From Azolla caroliniana (taxonomy: Eukaryota; Plantae; Polypodiophyta): a stretch of DNA of 64,000 nt. Positions 27,898-42,659 of the stretch are shown one piece after another. A program made the position numbers and the translations under genes. Positions within the stretch are counted from its first letter, which is position 1; each line of letters opens with the position of its first letter. The stretch spans positions 6,510,001 to 6,574,000 of the forward strand of contig JBHGNT010000004.1 of NCBI GenBank assembly GCA_043228905.1, in the 5' to 3' direction. The notes beneath the pieces were generated by a model, which saw nothing but the letters and a program-made list of their open reading frames with translations, had not been told where the DNA came from and made no database searches.

Positions 27898-30800
27898 TCA
27901 ACCATGAGAAGGTTTCCGATTCCAAGAGAGGTAAGACGTGTCACCAAGTGGCCTGTCACATAAAAATGCCAACAGTAATCCAAAATGGCAAAACAAAAAA
28001 ATTTGCATGTGATGCAGACAGATCAAGACAGGAGTTTTACCTCGGATTTTTCCAATGGGCAAGGAAAAATACAAACGCTAAAAAGAAACAAATCGACCCA
28101 ACTGCAATATATGCTATACCCAAAAAGTCATTCTTTCCACCCAACCAGCTAGTAGTGGACAACACTAGCTTTTTTTTTCCACCAAAGCTGTATGTGTTGT
28201 AGACATTGTTGATTACTACATTCAATTGAGTATTAGCAGCTAAATCTTGCTCAATCCTGCCATAAAGCTTTCTAAAAGTTGGTAGCGCTGCAGTCCTCAT
28301 CCATACAATGAGATCTTCATCTTCACTCAACTGGGGAAGACGGACAACCATTTAGTGCATGCACATATTATGTGTGCAAGTATTATATATATATATTATC
28401 AACAGAAGTTCAAGACTTGGCCACCTAGTTCCATTTAACAGATTATTCGGCAATCTCTCAGTCTTGATCTCTACAAACATCAGACATTGACCAAGAAAAA
28501 GTTCCAGAAAAAACAAATTTCCATTTCAAAAACATACTGGTATATTAGGATCCAAACTGGCACCACCAATCAAAGTTCCATTCTCCGAAGGATTGAGATT
28601 GTTAGGGAAATTCTGAGGATAAACATTCTTTCCAAACTTGTGTTCACGATCACTTTTCCAGGAAATATCCTTCTTATTTATAGCAAGTTGCTCGCCACCG
28701 GTTGTCAAGTTGTAAGTATCATTAAACAAGCTCCATGCTATCAAACCACAAGGCACAATAGGATTGCCTCCCAATGTTTGCTCTGGTTTACAAGCACTTG
28801 TTTCAGTAGCATTTGCATCTAATAACTGAGCATCACTCCTACTTTTTACATATCTGCACGAGTAAAAGTTAATTAGGACTCTCACTGAAATTCATACGGC
28901 CATTTAGATAGCGACTACCACACCTTTTCATTCTAAATAACTGGCAGTGTTTGACAGTAGTGTTTAGTTTTAAAATGCTGCTATATATGAGAATATTCCT
29001 AAAATACCTCTAAAGTTTTGGACATTTACCAGAATACCTCTAAAGTTTTACAACAGGGGGTATCTTGGTAGTTTTTTAGAGCTATTGTGCAAAATTTCCA
29101 AAACTTTACGGGTTCTTTTGGTTTTTTTCAAGTAGTTATACATGCTAACGATTAGCAATGAGCCCGGTTTTGGCTCAAACCAAACCAAACCGTTAAGCCA
29201 TGGTTTAAAGGTTTATAAGTTCCAAAATAATTAAATGGTTTGGTTTGGTTTTAATTATTAATAAACGGTTTGGTTTTAGTTCGGTTTGGTTCTGAAACTG
29301 GTGTTGATCGGTTTATAGGTTTAAGAGGTTTGGTTTAAAGGTTTATAAGTTTTTGGGCTAACTTTTTTTATCCCTTAAATGTTTATGTAATTTGATGGTT
29401 TAATTAATGTTTTTTATTGATTTAATTCACTTAACTTAAATGTTTATTTAATCTAATGGCTTAATTGATACTTATTTATTTAATTAATTAATTAAACATA
29501 AATGCTTATTTAATTTAGTGTATTTTTATTTATTTAATTTTTTAATTAGTTTGGTTTAAATGTGGTTAGGCTACCTTTTCTTAAATGGTTTGGTTTAATG
29601 GCTTGAAAGTTCATAAACGGTTTGGTTTGGTTTTTGCTTTATATAAATGGTTTGGTTCAGTTCGGTTTGGTTTCAAGGCAAAGAAACCAAATCGAACCGA
29701 AACCGAAATGGGCCCATCGCTACTAATGATTCGGTAATAAGCTATTTTATCAATACATGGTAGACATGAAACCTCAAATGCGCAAGTCTCTGTCAGATTA
29801 ATACCGTCGATGATTTTGATAAAAATTATCCAGCTGGTAATATACATACACAGGGCTCTTCATAGCTTTTGGAACCTGACGTATGTATGAAGCACAAAAT
29901 ATTATGTTATCTAGTGCACAAGATTGTACAAAAAGGTATGAAACAGATAAGAAAACTCACAACTAGGGTTCTGATACAACTTTTGTTTGTGTTTATATCT
30001 TGGATAAACTGAACTCTGTGTTCATTGTCTGTGTAATTCTCAGGAACACACACAGTCTGATACTCATCTATTATTTCAACCACCTGCAGTAAATCATCTG
30101 TCAGCACTGAATAGTTTATTATAACACATGTTGTCAAAAGCTCATGCGCCAATAATCTGCCACTAAAATGAATAATAAAGCTCTAGCCAACTTGCATTAT
30201 CCAAAACAACATGTTTCTCTACGCCTACAAACATGCAGGTTCAGCTCAACCCATCCAAATTTTCAGACACATTGCAGCATGCATACTTATTTTGCCATGT
30301 AGGCAATGCACATGTTTCTTGATGGACTTTTATAAGGTATACAAGCTTACACTCCTTGAAGCAAGTAAAGCTGCAACGCCTATAGGTATGAACACGACTC
30401 CAACCAACATGAAAATTGTGATAACCTGAAATTAAAAGAATAGGTATTTGCTTAGGTATACTTTTTTATTTTAAATCTTATACTTCAATATATAAGGAGA
30501 AGGAAAAACTAACCCATCCTGGGGTCAACAAAGGCTTGCAGGCAGGCAATTCCTGCTGTGTGAATGCAGAACCTGCAACATAATATGAACTCTTAAACAT
30601 ATGAAGAAAGGCACAATAAACGAAGAACTGGATCAACAAATGCACTTGTCCAAATTTTAACTCTTCATAGATACAGGATTCAAACTAGAGCAAGAGCAAA
30701 TTTTAACTCTTCATTTATATAGATAGACAGTCTACAAGACTTTCAGAACTCTTTACATATATGTACTGCATCATCATGATTTACTACAAATGAAAAGTGA

Positions 30801-31619
30801 CACACCAATAATGCCCTTATAAACCAGTAACAATCTTCCCAACAGACCATGGGGAGATTTAGACATTCTCTTCAGATTCTTCACTTATATTAATGTAAAA
30901 ATTGCATTACACATGTAAATGAACCTTTATCATATTTGAAACCATCATTTACAAGTGCTCGTCCAGAAGTTGACTTATTGACAATACATTTACTGTGTCC
31001 AAATTAGATTTTCTTCCCACGATGTCTTCAAAAGTACTACAAATGGTCCTTAATGGGAATAAGAAGTAGGGTTCTCTTCAACTTAGGGGCATCCCTTCAA
31101 GTTGGTAGAGATATCACAACCCAATCAAGGGAAAGACTAAAGACTTTCATCCAACAAATCAGCATCTTTGAAATTCTACAGAAAACATGATCCACAATAG
31201 GAGAGAGCAGAAGATCATCCCGTTGGATGAAGAAAATATAGACAGAGACATGGGCATAGACTTATCCAACAGTCAACTGTGGGAGTTCCACTATGGTCTG
31301 AATGAGATCTTATCTTCTATGCATAGAGAGCAAAAGTTTTCTATGGAATATGTGCTAGCACCGGCATATGCAATTTACGCTTCATATTATGATAGTATGA
31401 TTACATCAACCTTTCTTTTAACAAAGAAACTTGAGTCTAGTGCTTTTAAAGAGATTACAAACATCTTGCATACTAACAAAATTAGCACAATTCAGAAGCA
31501 ATTAATTTCAAAAGATCAGATTAAAAAGAAAAAGATTAACTTTTTGGCCGCTTTGAATCTTTCTTCACAGCTGGAGGTCCCCCATTATCACCAGAAGAGC
31601 CAGCTCCAGGTACATTCAT
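27898..31619 (-). CDS. ALIS: CDC50/LEM3 family P4-ATPase beta-subunit (ALA-interacting subunit, ALIS), 8 coding exons
   Basis: Exons 31619-31541, 30572-30514, 30425-30351, 30083-29963, 29876-29782, 28853-28538, 28331-28041 and 27952-27898 (approximate). Motifs [70 protein letters not shown] probable 5' UTR exon lies at about 34412-34600. Confidence 0.93.
29153..29722. mobile_element. hAT-type MITE in an ALIS intron
   Basis: TIR-like ends TAGCAATGAGCCC / GGGCCCATCGCTA. 8-bp TSD ctaacgat/ctaatgat. AAACC/GGTTT-rich subterminal repeats and an AT-rich core. Confidence 0.8.
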
Positions 31620-32310
31620 ATCCAATTTTAAGATAAACTGTCAGAAGAATTTGACAAGTATAGGCAAAAGTCAAGCATAAATATGTAGCAAGTGTGATAT
31701 TATTATCAAACAGCATTCTAATCATTTTCAGCAGCATAAAGATATTCCCGAATTTTGCGACCATGAAAGGCATCATTAGCATGAAATTTAATAGATCCAT
31801 GATGAAATCATTCAAATTTATATGCCTCAAAAAGACACAGAAGCATGTTGTCCAGTGAGCACAGGCTGTGGAGTGAAATTATAGAAAGTGAAAATAGATT
31901 TCATAGATCAATGCAAGGAAGTGATTTTGCAAAGTTTATTTATCCTAACATGCTTGTGAAGTATTTTCTTTTGACTTCCTCAATGACAACTTTTTGCTCA
32001 TACCAACCTGCTATGAGTTAACTAACTTGGAGACATGTAGCAGTGATATTCCAATGTGAAAGAGAACTGACATAGATACATAATATAGCCTATAACGATA
32101 GCTACTGTCAAGTGTGCAACCTCCATGTATGATGCAAGCCTTTGATGTAGAGGAAAATAACAAGTTGACAGTGCAAAGAACAAAATTTGGGTTCATTGTT
32201 AAGGAATTTATCCAAAATCGACAGTAATAAATGGCAGACAGTAGGAATTTAAGCATTTGATAAAAAATGATACGAAATAAACAAAATTCCAAGGGAAAAA
32301 AATGAATAGA

Positions 32311-33303
32311 GAAAGAAAGAAAGAAAGATATATTAATGTCTTTTAAGAGGCCAAAATGGTCAATAAGACCAAACAAGAGATTACATCTTAAGTGTTGTCT
32401 CGTCTTTGAGAACAACAAATCAAAATAAAATAAAATTTACTAAGTAAATAAACTAAAAAAGACTAAGGAAACTGGTTTTCGGCACATGTGAGATTCTCAA
32501 GTTATATATATTATAACGTTTGTAATCGAAAGATCTCTAGCATAGGTCGATTCAGAATGGAGAGGTCTCCAAAGCAAAAGAAGCACCTGCGATGGCGGGA
32601 GATAATGGCCTTTATTTGTCGATGACAAGGGCGTTGAGGTCGTGATCCATGGGGCTGGGGCCTACGTGCTCGACAAATTGCTATAGCCCGATCTATTGTA
32701 ACCCCTTTGTTATGTCCTGGTCGGGAGCTCATCTATGTATCCCTAGATTGACTTGTAGCATTAGTCAAAGTGATGGGGCTAAAGAAAGTTGTGATTGTGC
32801 TTTGTGGATGAGCTTGTGTGGTTGTACTATTGTCAACAACTTTCCCCTATTTCACTTGAGTTCTAGCAAGAAAAGTCCTAAGCATCATTGGTCCTCATAT
32901 TGGGCCAAAGCGTTGTTTAAAGAGGCAATGGTATCTCCCTCTTATTTCATAAAAGACACTATAATGACAAACATAGTGTTCTTTAGGCTCCACTCCTTGT
33001 ATATCTGCCTACCTCAATCTCTAACTGATGTGATGAAGTTTGCAGCTGCCCTGTCACATTGCGCAACGCATAGGATAGATTTATGTCCACATAATGTGGC
33101 CTAATGATGAATCCATCCTCCGATATGTGTAAAAAATGTGTCTTGTAGTGAACCATCTTCATACCAAGTGATATTTTGGGGTTGATCCATGTTATCTTGT
33201 TTTCCAAGTTAATAATATCAGTTCGGATCACTCTATTCTTTTTCCACTTTGGTCATATTTAGATGGGGACAATCCAAGCTATATTGGAACAGGCATAGTG
33301 CAT
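32311..33303 (-). mobile_element. 5'-truncated RTE-X-like LINE copy with (TTTC)n tail, in the probable ALIS 5' UTR intron
   Basis: SYALRNVTGQLQTSSHQLEIEVGRYT. Colinear with the copy at 61700-63600, with an internal deletion. Confidence 0.8.
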
Positions 33304-35049
33304 TTAGAGAGAGAGGGTAAACCCAATATAACCATCCATATGCATTGAAAATTTCAAGAAGATTAGTTTGAAACAATTGCTTAGTCTAAAGATAATCAAA
33401 TTGTCGGAATAGCTCATATGGTTTGGTCCAGCAATATCAATTGTGGGCATGACATTGTCAAAAGATGTGGCCAATAATTCTAGATAGAGAATAGAGAATA
33501 GAGAATAGAAATCGTTTGCCTGTAGTAAATAATGAATCTAGCCATTGTACATGAATCTTTTTAAGCATAGTAGAAAATGTGGGCAATTATACTTAGAAAA
33601 TGTTTCATATAAAAAGTACCTCATTACATGAGGAAAGTTTGGATTGAGGATTCTAGGAATTAGGAATTCATGGAAGAAAATGAAGTTTTATACCATTGCC
33701 TTGAGCACAGGCTTAGGACATGGTCAATGTCACTGTGAAGGAAAAATGGGTACTCTCTTCATTATAGAGCAATACCAATTCTTGGAAGCATCAAATCATA
33801 TATATTTTGATTAACCTTGTCGGTGTGGCAGGAAAAAGCAAAAACCATGTGAATTGTGGCCAAACTTGGTGATTGGGATGCCATCGATCGTTAATGGAAT
33901 TTCATTAACGTACTAATAGAAGTTGATAAAATCACAAAAACCAGCTCTATTTTTGGAACAATGAAAGATCCTTCCACAAATAAGGTATGTTACTGTTACT
34001 TTGAGCGTTTCTGATGTCATATCTCATCAATCACTCACTAAAGAGGAGTAACAAAAAACGCGATAGAATATCTGATCGAACACACCCAAATAGGTGATAA
34101 CTTGGATAAAAGTCGTCCAATTCCAAACCCTATAAATGATGCCCACAAAATGATATGTTTTGCTAGTTTGATCTTACACTTCTGCACAGGAATTAGAGTG
34201 GGAGGAAAGACTGTGCATATGTGTGTTTCATTTTTGTTTCTAGTCATTTACCAGGATACAAAAACCAGTGTGCAGATCTGAACATGTACCAAAGCACTTG
34301 TGGGGAGGAAAAGGAACAAGAAAACGAAAACGGTGCAAGTAAACTTGAAGGGCCATAACAAAAGCAAGATGGAAGAGAAAGGGAGGAGGAGATCCATTGA
34401 GGCAAAAATACCTGAGAGGATGATAGCAGGTGATGAGGAGGTAGCAGGATCAGAAGACTAAAACTGCAGGGGAGACTCGAGAAAACGAAGAAGAGTGTGA
34501 ATCCAATTTCCTCTTTTTAACTTCTTCTTACTCTCTTTTTCCTTAACACACACACAAAGGTAAAAACCCCACCACTCTGTTTCTTCTTCTTCTTCTTTCT
34601 TCTTCTTTCTTCTTCTTCCTGGACTCACTTCATCATTCCCACCATCTGACCTAAACCCTAATCACACACCCACCTGACCTAAACCTAAACCTAAACCTAA
34701 TTAGACTTTCTCACACCATTGCTATGCTATGTTTGCGGGCTTGGGTCCGCCCGGCCAGTCGAACACTCTTGGACGCGCCCATTATTTGGCCGCCCGTCCA
34801 CCCCATGTATCGGATTTTTTATCCTTTTTGCCTGTGGTTTGCACCTTCACTTCCCATCGTATCCTTGCCTGACCTAATCTCCCCTGTCTACAAATCCATT
34901 TTTGCGTTTTGCTTGGGATTGCATTGGTCGCTTTACTCGGACATGAATGTGTTTCGATCACTTGCTTCATGTCTCTTGGTCATGAAAGAAGAAGCTATTA
35001 AAATGTGTGCATATGTTACTCTAGGAATGCATGGATAAGAATTAAGGAA

Positions 35050-36600
35050 ATGGTTGTATGAATCCATTGGAACCATCTCAATAGTTGTTTGGCTTATCGC
35101 CAGATGTGCAACTCCCCTCCTCTCCTTGTGATTCAATGTCTTAACATTGAAGGTGAAGAGGCTTGTATCAAAAATTTCTTGGTACAATCCTGAATATGTG
35201 CCATATCTATTGTCATTGTTTGTTTTCCCCATGTGCGTTTCAGTGACATTTTTCATAGCCAATGCCTATCTTACTAATGTGAATCCAAGACACCAATGAG
35301 AATAAATAACTCTAGAGTGCCCATTCGTCAAATAGATACCTTAGAGCACTCTTACTACCATGCCCTCCATCACACATGTTTACCAAAATTAACCGCACCT
35401 ACAAATTAATCACATGTAGTCCCAATTAAGATTTGTGTATAGGATGAGCATGCAGTGGAATCGACATCATTGATGTTGATTCAATGAGCAAGGGGAAAAC
35501 ATGTCAATCAAGCTCAACCTTTCGAACATGTCACTTATTTTCGTATTCACTCACATATAGGCTAGCAAAAGCAACAAACCAATTATATTCTATGGTTCAT
35601 TTATTTTCTTTTTTGCCCTTACAAGCATTTTTACATGGTCTCTATAGATAAGGTTTGAAGTGCAATCAAGCAACATACATTACTTCTCACAAAACCTCTT
35701 TTCTTCTTAATCATTGGGGACCTCCTAACTTAGTGTTCCTTTCTTATCTAAGGCTTTTAACCTTCTAGAGTAAGTGGCTAAGTATCAATGCACTCTTTAC
35801 AACTTATTTACAAAAGTAGCCTTGGTCAACCAAAGACAAACACGAATGACCACCATACAACCAACAATTGTTTGCGTAATTATTAAGATCACACACAACA
35901 ATTGATATTGATCTACGAATTCAACAGCCAACGACAAGTCATCCAAGAGCAATTTTAGGAAACCCCTAGATTTTTTCACCTTGAATATCTCATCCTCCCT
36001 TGTGAATGTGTGCTTGGATGAGATATTCACACATCACCATGTTTATGAGTTTCAATGTAATAGTTTCAATATGGAGATCTTGTGAATAAGATAATCCATC
36101 ATTTGTTCATTTGAATTACTTAATTGAGTGTACCAATGTTGTTTATGTCTAGCGACCGCCAACTCCATAAAACAAATGAATATATGATTGAGTACTATCC
36201 AAGGGAAGGCTCCAAGATCTTTTTATGCAATTCATTGCTCATAGGAGAACTTCAACTACCATGTATGTTGCCCATAATGCTATTACAATGATCTCATGTG
36301 GCATTGATAATTGTGCTTTTATCATACATGATATCAATATGATGACTAGTTTTTTAATGTGCTCACATCCATCAATATATGTGATATCAAATAAATTGCC
36401 ACAAATGAAACATAAGTTTGACCAAGCTAGTTGAATGATCTTTCACATCTTCCCTGAATAGTCCAAATGTAAACTAGCTCATTTACTCCCACGATCACAT
36501 GGTATCACCATTGTGAACATCATTCTCAATTATATATCTTCACATTTATTGCTCTAGCCTTCCAAATTCCAATGAAAACTTAATTACATCCCAAATTGCT
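35050..36600 (-). mobile_element. Degenerate gypsy-like pol remnant
   Basis: Fragmentary RT/RNase H-like residues (e.g. GFLKLLLDDL) with many stops. Confidence 0.4.
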
Positions 36601-37333
36601 ACCCAGCTTTAAATCCCACAAGACCCAAGTAGTTTAATCTAGCTATCAACCAAAACAACACACTAATAGTGTTAATAAAAAGAAAATATTCTCTAAACAT
36701 CAGAAAAAATTATTCTCATTCATGTGGGTGAGCGGTAATTCTATTTCTATTTTGCTTTTCATTTTTAACGAAGAATCCATTCAAACATTTCCATTGACAT
36801 GGCGATTGCATCCTGCATCTTCATAAAGACTTCTACTTGTAATAGAAGTCTTTAGGTAGAGGACTTCTATTTGTTTGTGGGGAGAGATATGAAGGGCTAA
36901 TCTCCATTCTTTCCTTTTATTTTTTTGACCGGCATCTAGGCATGCATTGTGGTCTTACAAAACATGTGCATTGAACATAAAAGCTAATAGAATCATGTAG
37001 CATGACAATGAACCATTATTCATATGACGGTGACGATGAATCAGAGAGAAACAGAATCTCATGTCACCTGACAATGACAATGTGATTCATATGAATCAAA
37101 TGAAAAGAATATGAACACTCACTAATCAAATAGAAGTTTCTAATATTGTATGTGTTTGGGGGTGCATGCCACTATTGCAAATAATAGACTAATTTAAAAA
37201 ATTAAAACAGGGGAACGCTTGTTAAAAAGTAGATACAAAAGTAGTTGCAAACAAATAGTTTGGAGTTACAGTTTTTGTTGCAGTCAATTCTCTGCTGTTG
37301 AAATGGCAGAAAATGCATTGCAAACAAGTTCTA

Positions 37334-37354
37334 AAGCCAAGAATGAATTGCCTC
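37334..37354 (-). promoter_or_regulatory. miR169 target site in the NF-YA 3' UTR
   Basis: The plus strand reads AAGCCAAGAATGAATTGCCTC versus miR169 (C/U)AGCCAAGGAUGACUUGCC(G/U)G. The site lies about 220 nt downstream of the NF-YA stop. Confidence 0.8.
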
Positions 37355-37570
37355 ATTATTTCACCACATGAAACATAACATAGGTAAACACCCTTGCCAT
37401 GCCCATTTGGTTCCTTTTTGTGTCTTGTTCCAGTTGTAAAGGCCACCTGGTTAATCAGACAAGACAAATACAGCCACTATGCCCTGTAAGAGTCCATATC
37501 ATTAGTCTAAGATAACACTTTGATAGCTCCTCTTCACAAAAAGAAACAAAGAACCACAAAAGAACCCTTT

Positions 37571-40500
37571 TCAATACATTGCAACAGCAATGTTGCTTCG
37601 GTTTTGTTGACCAAGATTGTCTTCCTTTACTACGATCCCAATACTCAATTCAAGAGCTGCCACTGAATGCAATGCTTTATTATTATGATCCCCTTCAATT
37701 TTTTCATGACCTTGTGATGGTGGTGGTGGATGATACTCTGGTGCTTTAGCATTTAAATCCCCGATACAATCATCTATCTCACCAAAACTAGTATTCTGCT
37801 CAACCTCATATCCTTGCGAAGTTTTCCCTTCAGATCCATCTGAGTTGTTCCTTACATTGACTTCTTTCTTGTTCATGAAACGTCCTCCACAGCCTCTCGC
37901 TCTCCTCATTGCATGGAGATGTCGTGATTCGTGTAAGTAAGGCTGAAACAAAACATATCAAAAGAATTGTTTACACAGCCTTCCAATGTTTGTTAACACT
38001 GCCTTGTCTAGTTTGAAAAGCGTTCAATGAAGTCTAATATCAGGTTGAAGTAGTTAAATGTTCTTTATTATTATTAAGAATTACTGGACGCTTTAATAGT
38101 GATGTTTTTTCTTACAAAAAGAACAAATATGTTCTCCTATGTCAGTAATCTTGCATATAGATAGCTGTATCTAAACCTCGAAACAAACATATTTAGAATT
38201 TCCAGAATTCCTCATCAACCTGTTAACTACTAATCTCCTTGTGTTTCACACCATTTCTAATACCTTAATTCATAATTCAGGAATATAATATTCACAAATA
38301 AGAGGCCGTGCCTCAAAACCGTGGTATGCACAAAATGTCTTGCCAATGAAAGGATGAAGTTTTGATCGACTATACAAACTCAGAGCTTATTGGTGATAGT
38401 TCAGATAGATAGTTTCTAAGTTTATTATAACCATTACCTCTCAAATATTGAGACCATTTAAAATGAAAATGCATTTCATTTTATGAGGAATGGAAACCAA
38501 TGTTATGGATTCATACTTTGCGCGATTTCACAATCTTTTTTTCAGATTCTGCTTTTGCACGACATTCCCGACGTCGCATGATGCGCTTATACTGTTTGGC
38601 ATTAACATACACAGGTTCCTCGACAATCTCAGAAGGCAAGGGCATCCGAAATCCAACAATCTCAGGATGAACCTGAAAACTAGAAAAACATGTATACATA
38701 CAAACATACATATAAGGTATAACATAGAAAAAAACCTTCTCGAAATGGGTCAAAATAAATAACATCTAGTCCCTGACCATTGCCTGACCACCATATGCAG
38801 CAACTATACCATAGTAGGGGTCAACACATGCATAGGGACTGGGAGTCTGATAGAGATAACAAATTATAAAATTAGAAAGTTGTAAGCAGTTATTTCAATT
38901 TTTCAAAGTTATGATGCAGTGTCCAATACCAGAGAAAAATGCCTGAGTTCAGCTTGTGTTTGAGATGGCATTATGTAGTCAGTAACAGCTGATGGGAGCA
39001 CTGTTTGTGGTGGACTCGGCTTACTTATACCATCCCCACCTGTCGAGTTTCCAAAAAGAAAGAAAGGAGAAATGGCATTAAGCATGTATTTCCCTGCATA
39101 TCACACTCTTATCCTGATCAAATTTATAGAGAGTATAATGATTGTTGAGCAAGCATGTCCATCAAACAAACACTAAGGTGTAAATAGTAGCACTAAAATT
39201 GGAGACCAGCTGATTGTGTGTCCTTGTAAAGCTTATTCAGATAAGTCCTCAATCAATGCACGACCTAAAGCCTTGCTTAGTGTTATTTCACACATTTTTC
39301 CCTTTTATTTATTTATTTTAAATTTGCCAGATAACTTGGAATGCTTTGGGTAAAGTTAGTTGGGAATCCATTACAATCCAGTCTGGGCTTTGGTAAACAT
39401 TAACGTTTCCACCAATCCTTGGGAAATGGTTTAGGAATTTCTAAAGTTTGGGCCAACCTTTGCTATTATGGATCTTCTTTACTCTCCTCAGCTGTCATGT
39501 TTTTCTAATGTATCAGAATTTTTCAGACTATATGGCAGAGCCCTAAACTCTCTTACTTCTTGGTATTTCATTCTTCGCAAGCCCCATTGGTGGAATGTAA
39601 ACCTTCATGGCTCCACCCCTCTAATAGACAGCAAGATGTTATTAAGAGACAAGTGCACTCAGGTAGAGATAGATTAGCTTGAACAATGTTCAACTCTACA
39701 TAGAGAGTTTTATCTTATGGAATGCTCAAATTGAGAGAGGACTGGATACAAAGTTTGAGTTGATTTGGAATGCCAAACCATCAAAATTTCAAGGCTTTGA
39801 GATAGCTAATTCATTGTAATGAGAAATTAGAGTTTGCAAATTACTACCTTTATGAAGCATTTCGAGATCACCACATAAACTTGAGCCTTTGAGAAACTCA
39901 ATCAGAGGCAAGTACATAATTGTCAGGGTGAACAACAGAACTAACATAGTGCAGTGCAAATACATGGGGTTCAAACATCCTCTTAGAATAAATAGAAAAC
40001 AGTCACCATGATAGGGCTCATGTGATATTATCCTCTATAAGTAACACCACATTAGCTCTTTACCTATGAGTATTTTAAGAAATTAGCTGGATTTTGTGTT
40101 TATTATATTGTTATTAATCCCTTTCGAAACACCAGTATTCAATATCAACATCGTCTCCATGGAGAGAGTGTGGAATTGCTTGGAAAAGGTGAAACTGGCC
40201 CAAATATAATTCAAGCGCAGTGATTAACATTTTTACCCACAATTAGATTTCACTAACCTGTCAATAATTCGACATAATACACTGATTGGCCATCTTGTGA
40301 ATAAATAAATAGAAGATTAGTAGGCTTATGTGCTCACTCTCTATTCATGCCAAACTTATCTCAACATTCTTTAGCTGTCTTATCTCCTCCTGTATTTTGA
40401 TTGATTGTAGTTAGTCGACATGTCAGAACTCAAGCCAAAAATAATGCTGAATCGGAAAAGCAAAGAAAAAAGGAATCCTTATTTATATAAAGGAACAAGA

Positions 40501-42659
40501 GTACGGGGCTGTACCAAACAATGGCATTGTACTAATGAATACAACAATAACATGTGACAAGAGTAATGCTCTAATAATTATCATGAATATACTATGGCCT
40601 ATTGGTTAAGGTTCAAGGCATTCATCAAGGTGATCTGAATTCATATCACCAAAGTGATGTATGATGATTACCAGATGATGTTTTCTTTTTTACAATGTTA
40701 AACAATTAACTGGTTCTCAATTCTCTAGCCATGTTAGGTGGCAACATGCCTAACTTTCTTGTTTCATATAGTATCCTTACTGTTGTACATTGATAGGCTA
40801 TCAGAGAGATTGTTGATGTAGATTATTCTAAAAAGAGTTATTAGAAACCCTCGTTTCTGAAACACATCAGAATCCTCATTCCTTATAAATATAGCACATT
40901 AGAAACCCTTAATTATGTGTTCTACGGTAAGAGACATGATAGAGGCTGGCGCATCCATCATAGACATTTTACTCCGTAAAGAAAGCCCTAATTGGACCCC
41001 AAACCTCTTCGAAATTCTAGAACTACAGAAGTAACAGAAGTTTTCTTCCATGAGCTATAGTGAGGTGTCAAAGTTCTACCATCATTCACACACCTAATTA
41101 TTTATGTAAACACCCTTGATATTAATGTCACTCAGGTTCACACCCATCTGCTTCAATTTTTAACTGGATCTTCCAAATGTGACAAGCATCATCATTTCCG
41201 ACATTTGTCCAGAAAACATGAATGTGATATGCAGGCCCTAGATTCAAACACGTACTTACACAAGAAATTGCTAGACTGGAAATTCCCCTACACACAAAAT
41301 AATCACAGATTCACAAACGAAAAAACTCTCGATGCTTACACTCATCTTAATTGTATGGATAATCATGCAATTGACATATCACATAAAATATCAATTGCAG
41401 GAAAAATGGTATCACAAACTTTATTAAGAGAAACAAATGAGGAAAGATGGCACGACTATCATTCCTTGCAAGAGACTAGGTTCTATGATTATACCTTACA
41501 ATTTCAGTATTATGATTAGAACTAATTACTGGGCTTGTACAGGCACATTCTATAAGAGTTGCAATTGACCAGCTTAGACTTTCTTTGTATCAGCTAGAGA
41601 TTAAGACCGTCATGCAGACAGAGAGCCTAAGGGGAGTGTGTATTCAGACTCTGGCATATAGAGGTGGAGAGTGGGGTGCACTATGTTCGTAGATGCCTTG
41701 GATATTAAGATATAAGCGGTAGATATGATAAGGTAGTTTAGTGCTTCAGAAATCTTAGCTTCAACAAACTCATGGAGGTTAGCAACCAATTCAAATTTGG
41801 GTGATCCCCTTGCAGAGACAAGGGGATGCAGAGAAGCTTTAGGCCCATCACAGAGAGTATGGAAACTTTAGATCACTCATATTGTTCATGGAGCTTACCC
41901 TCGATCTCTAGGAAACCGGCAGCCCCCCTGACCCAGCAGCAGCTGGAGCTAACTCTCCCAGAGGCACAGTCACAAACAAATCAGGTAGATGCTCTAGTGT
42001 GTCAGAGAACCAGATACCACCTGCACCCGCTACCGAGAAAGGCAATGCGGAGAGAGTGACAGACATGAACTCTCATTTCCAGAGAGATGTTCGCGCCTTA
42101 GCCAGCTATGTACTATATACTCTGATGCCCACAAGTTTCACATGGATGGAGCTAGCTGTTAACAACAAATTATCTACTATCCCTGCATAGGGTTAGCATA
42201 TTCCTATATTTTAGTTTCATCCTCTCTCTCTCTCTCTCCCCCCGGCTTGTACCCTAGTCATAACCCAATTTTTTCATTAACCCATGCATTCAGATTCGAA
42301 TTTCACATTATCTGCAGCAAATTACTAGGCGCCATTGTGGAATGTATAGATGTTGTGATTGAAAACATGGCCTCGCCCAACAATGTTATCAACTGAGCTC
42401 TCCCTCTTTACCTACCTCCCTCCCTCTCTCTATCTCGAACAGTAGAATGGAAACAATTACCTTCTTGAGTGGCTAGATTTTGATGAATTTGATTGGCATG
42501 GACAAATCGAAATGGACCTCCAATGGAAGAAATAGCATTACTGTGATTTTCTACATACAAATGGCTCAATCTCTGTTGCAGGCCCAACCAAGGGACTCCT
42601 CCTTGAACAAAAATATCCTTCTTTTCTGATTTACCATCTTCAGCTTCCATGGCTTGCAT
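37571..42659 (-). CDS. NF-YA: Nuclear factor Y subunit A (CCAAT-binding HAP2), about 6 coding exons
   Basis: Exons about 42659-42461, 42392-42253, 39039-38930, 38846-38778, 38672-38517 and 37942-37571. Motifs [25 protein letters not shown] and [22 protein letters not shown]. Confidence 0.93.
41550..42200 (+). mobile_element. Old RTE-X-like LINE remnant in the long NF-YA intron
   Basis: CAGCTTAGACTTTCT..TATCAGCTAGAGATT..GTGGAGAGT..CACTATGTT..TGC resembles the QLRxSSHQLEIE...VESEEHYVC domain of the other copies. Confidence 0.5.

Noticed and set aside
33290-33310. Apparent shared 5' truncation point of the two LINE copies (fixed-length SINE-like derivative)
   Set aside because: The copy at 63570 continues in frame (WFESHGMSID) to about 63600, so the boundaries differ.
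36826-36852. Short inverted repeat AAGACTTCTA...TAGAAGTCTT as a miRNA hairpin
   Set aside because: The stem is only about 11 bp, too short for a plant pre-miRNA.
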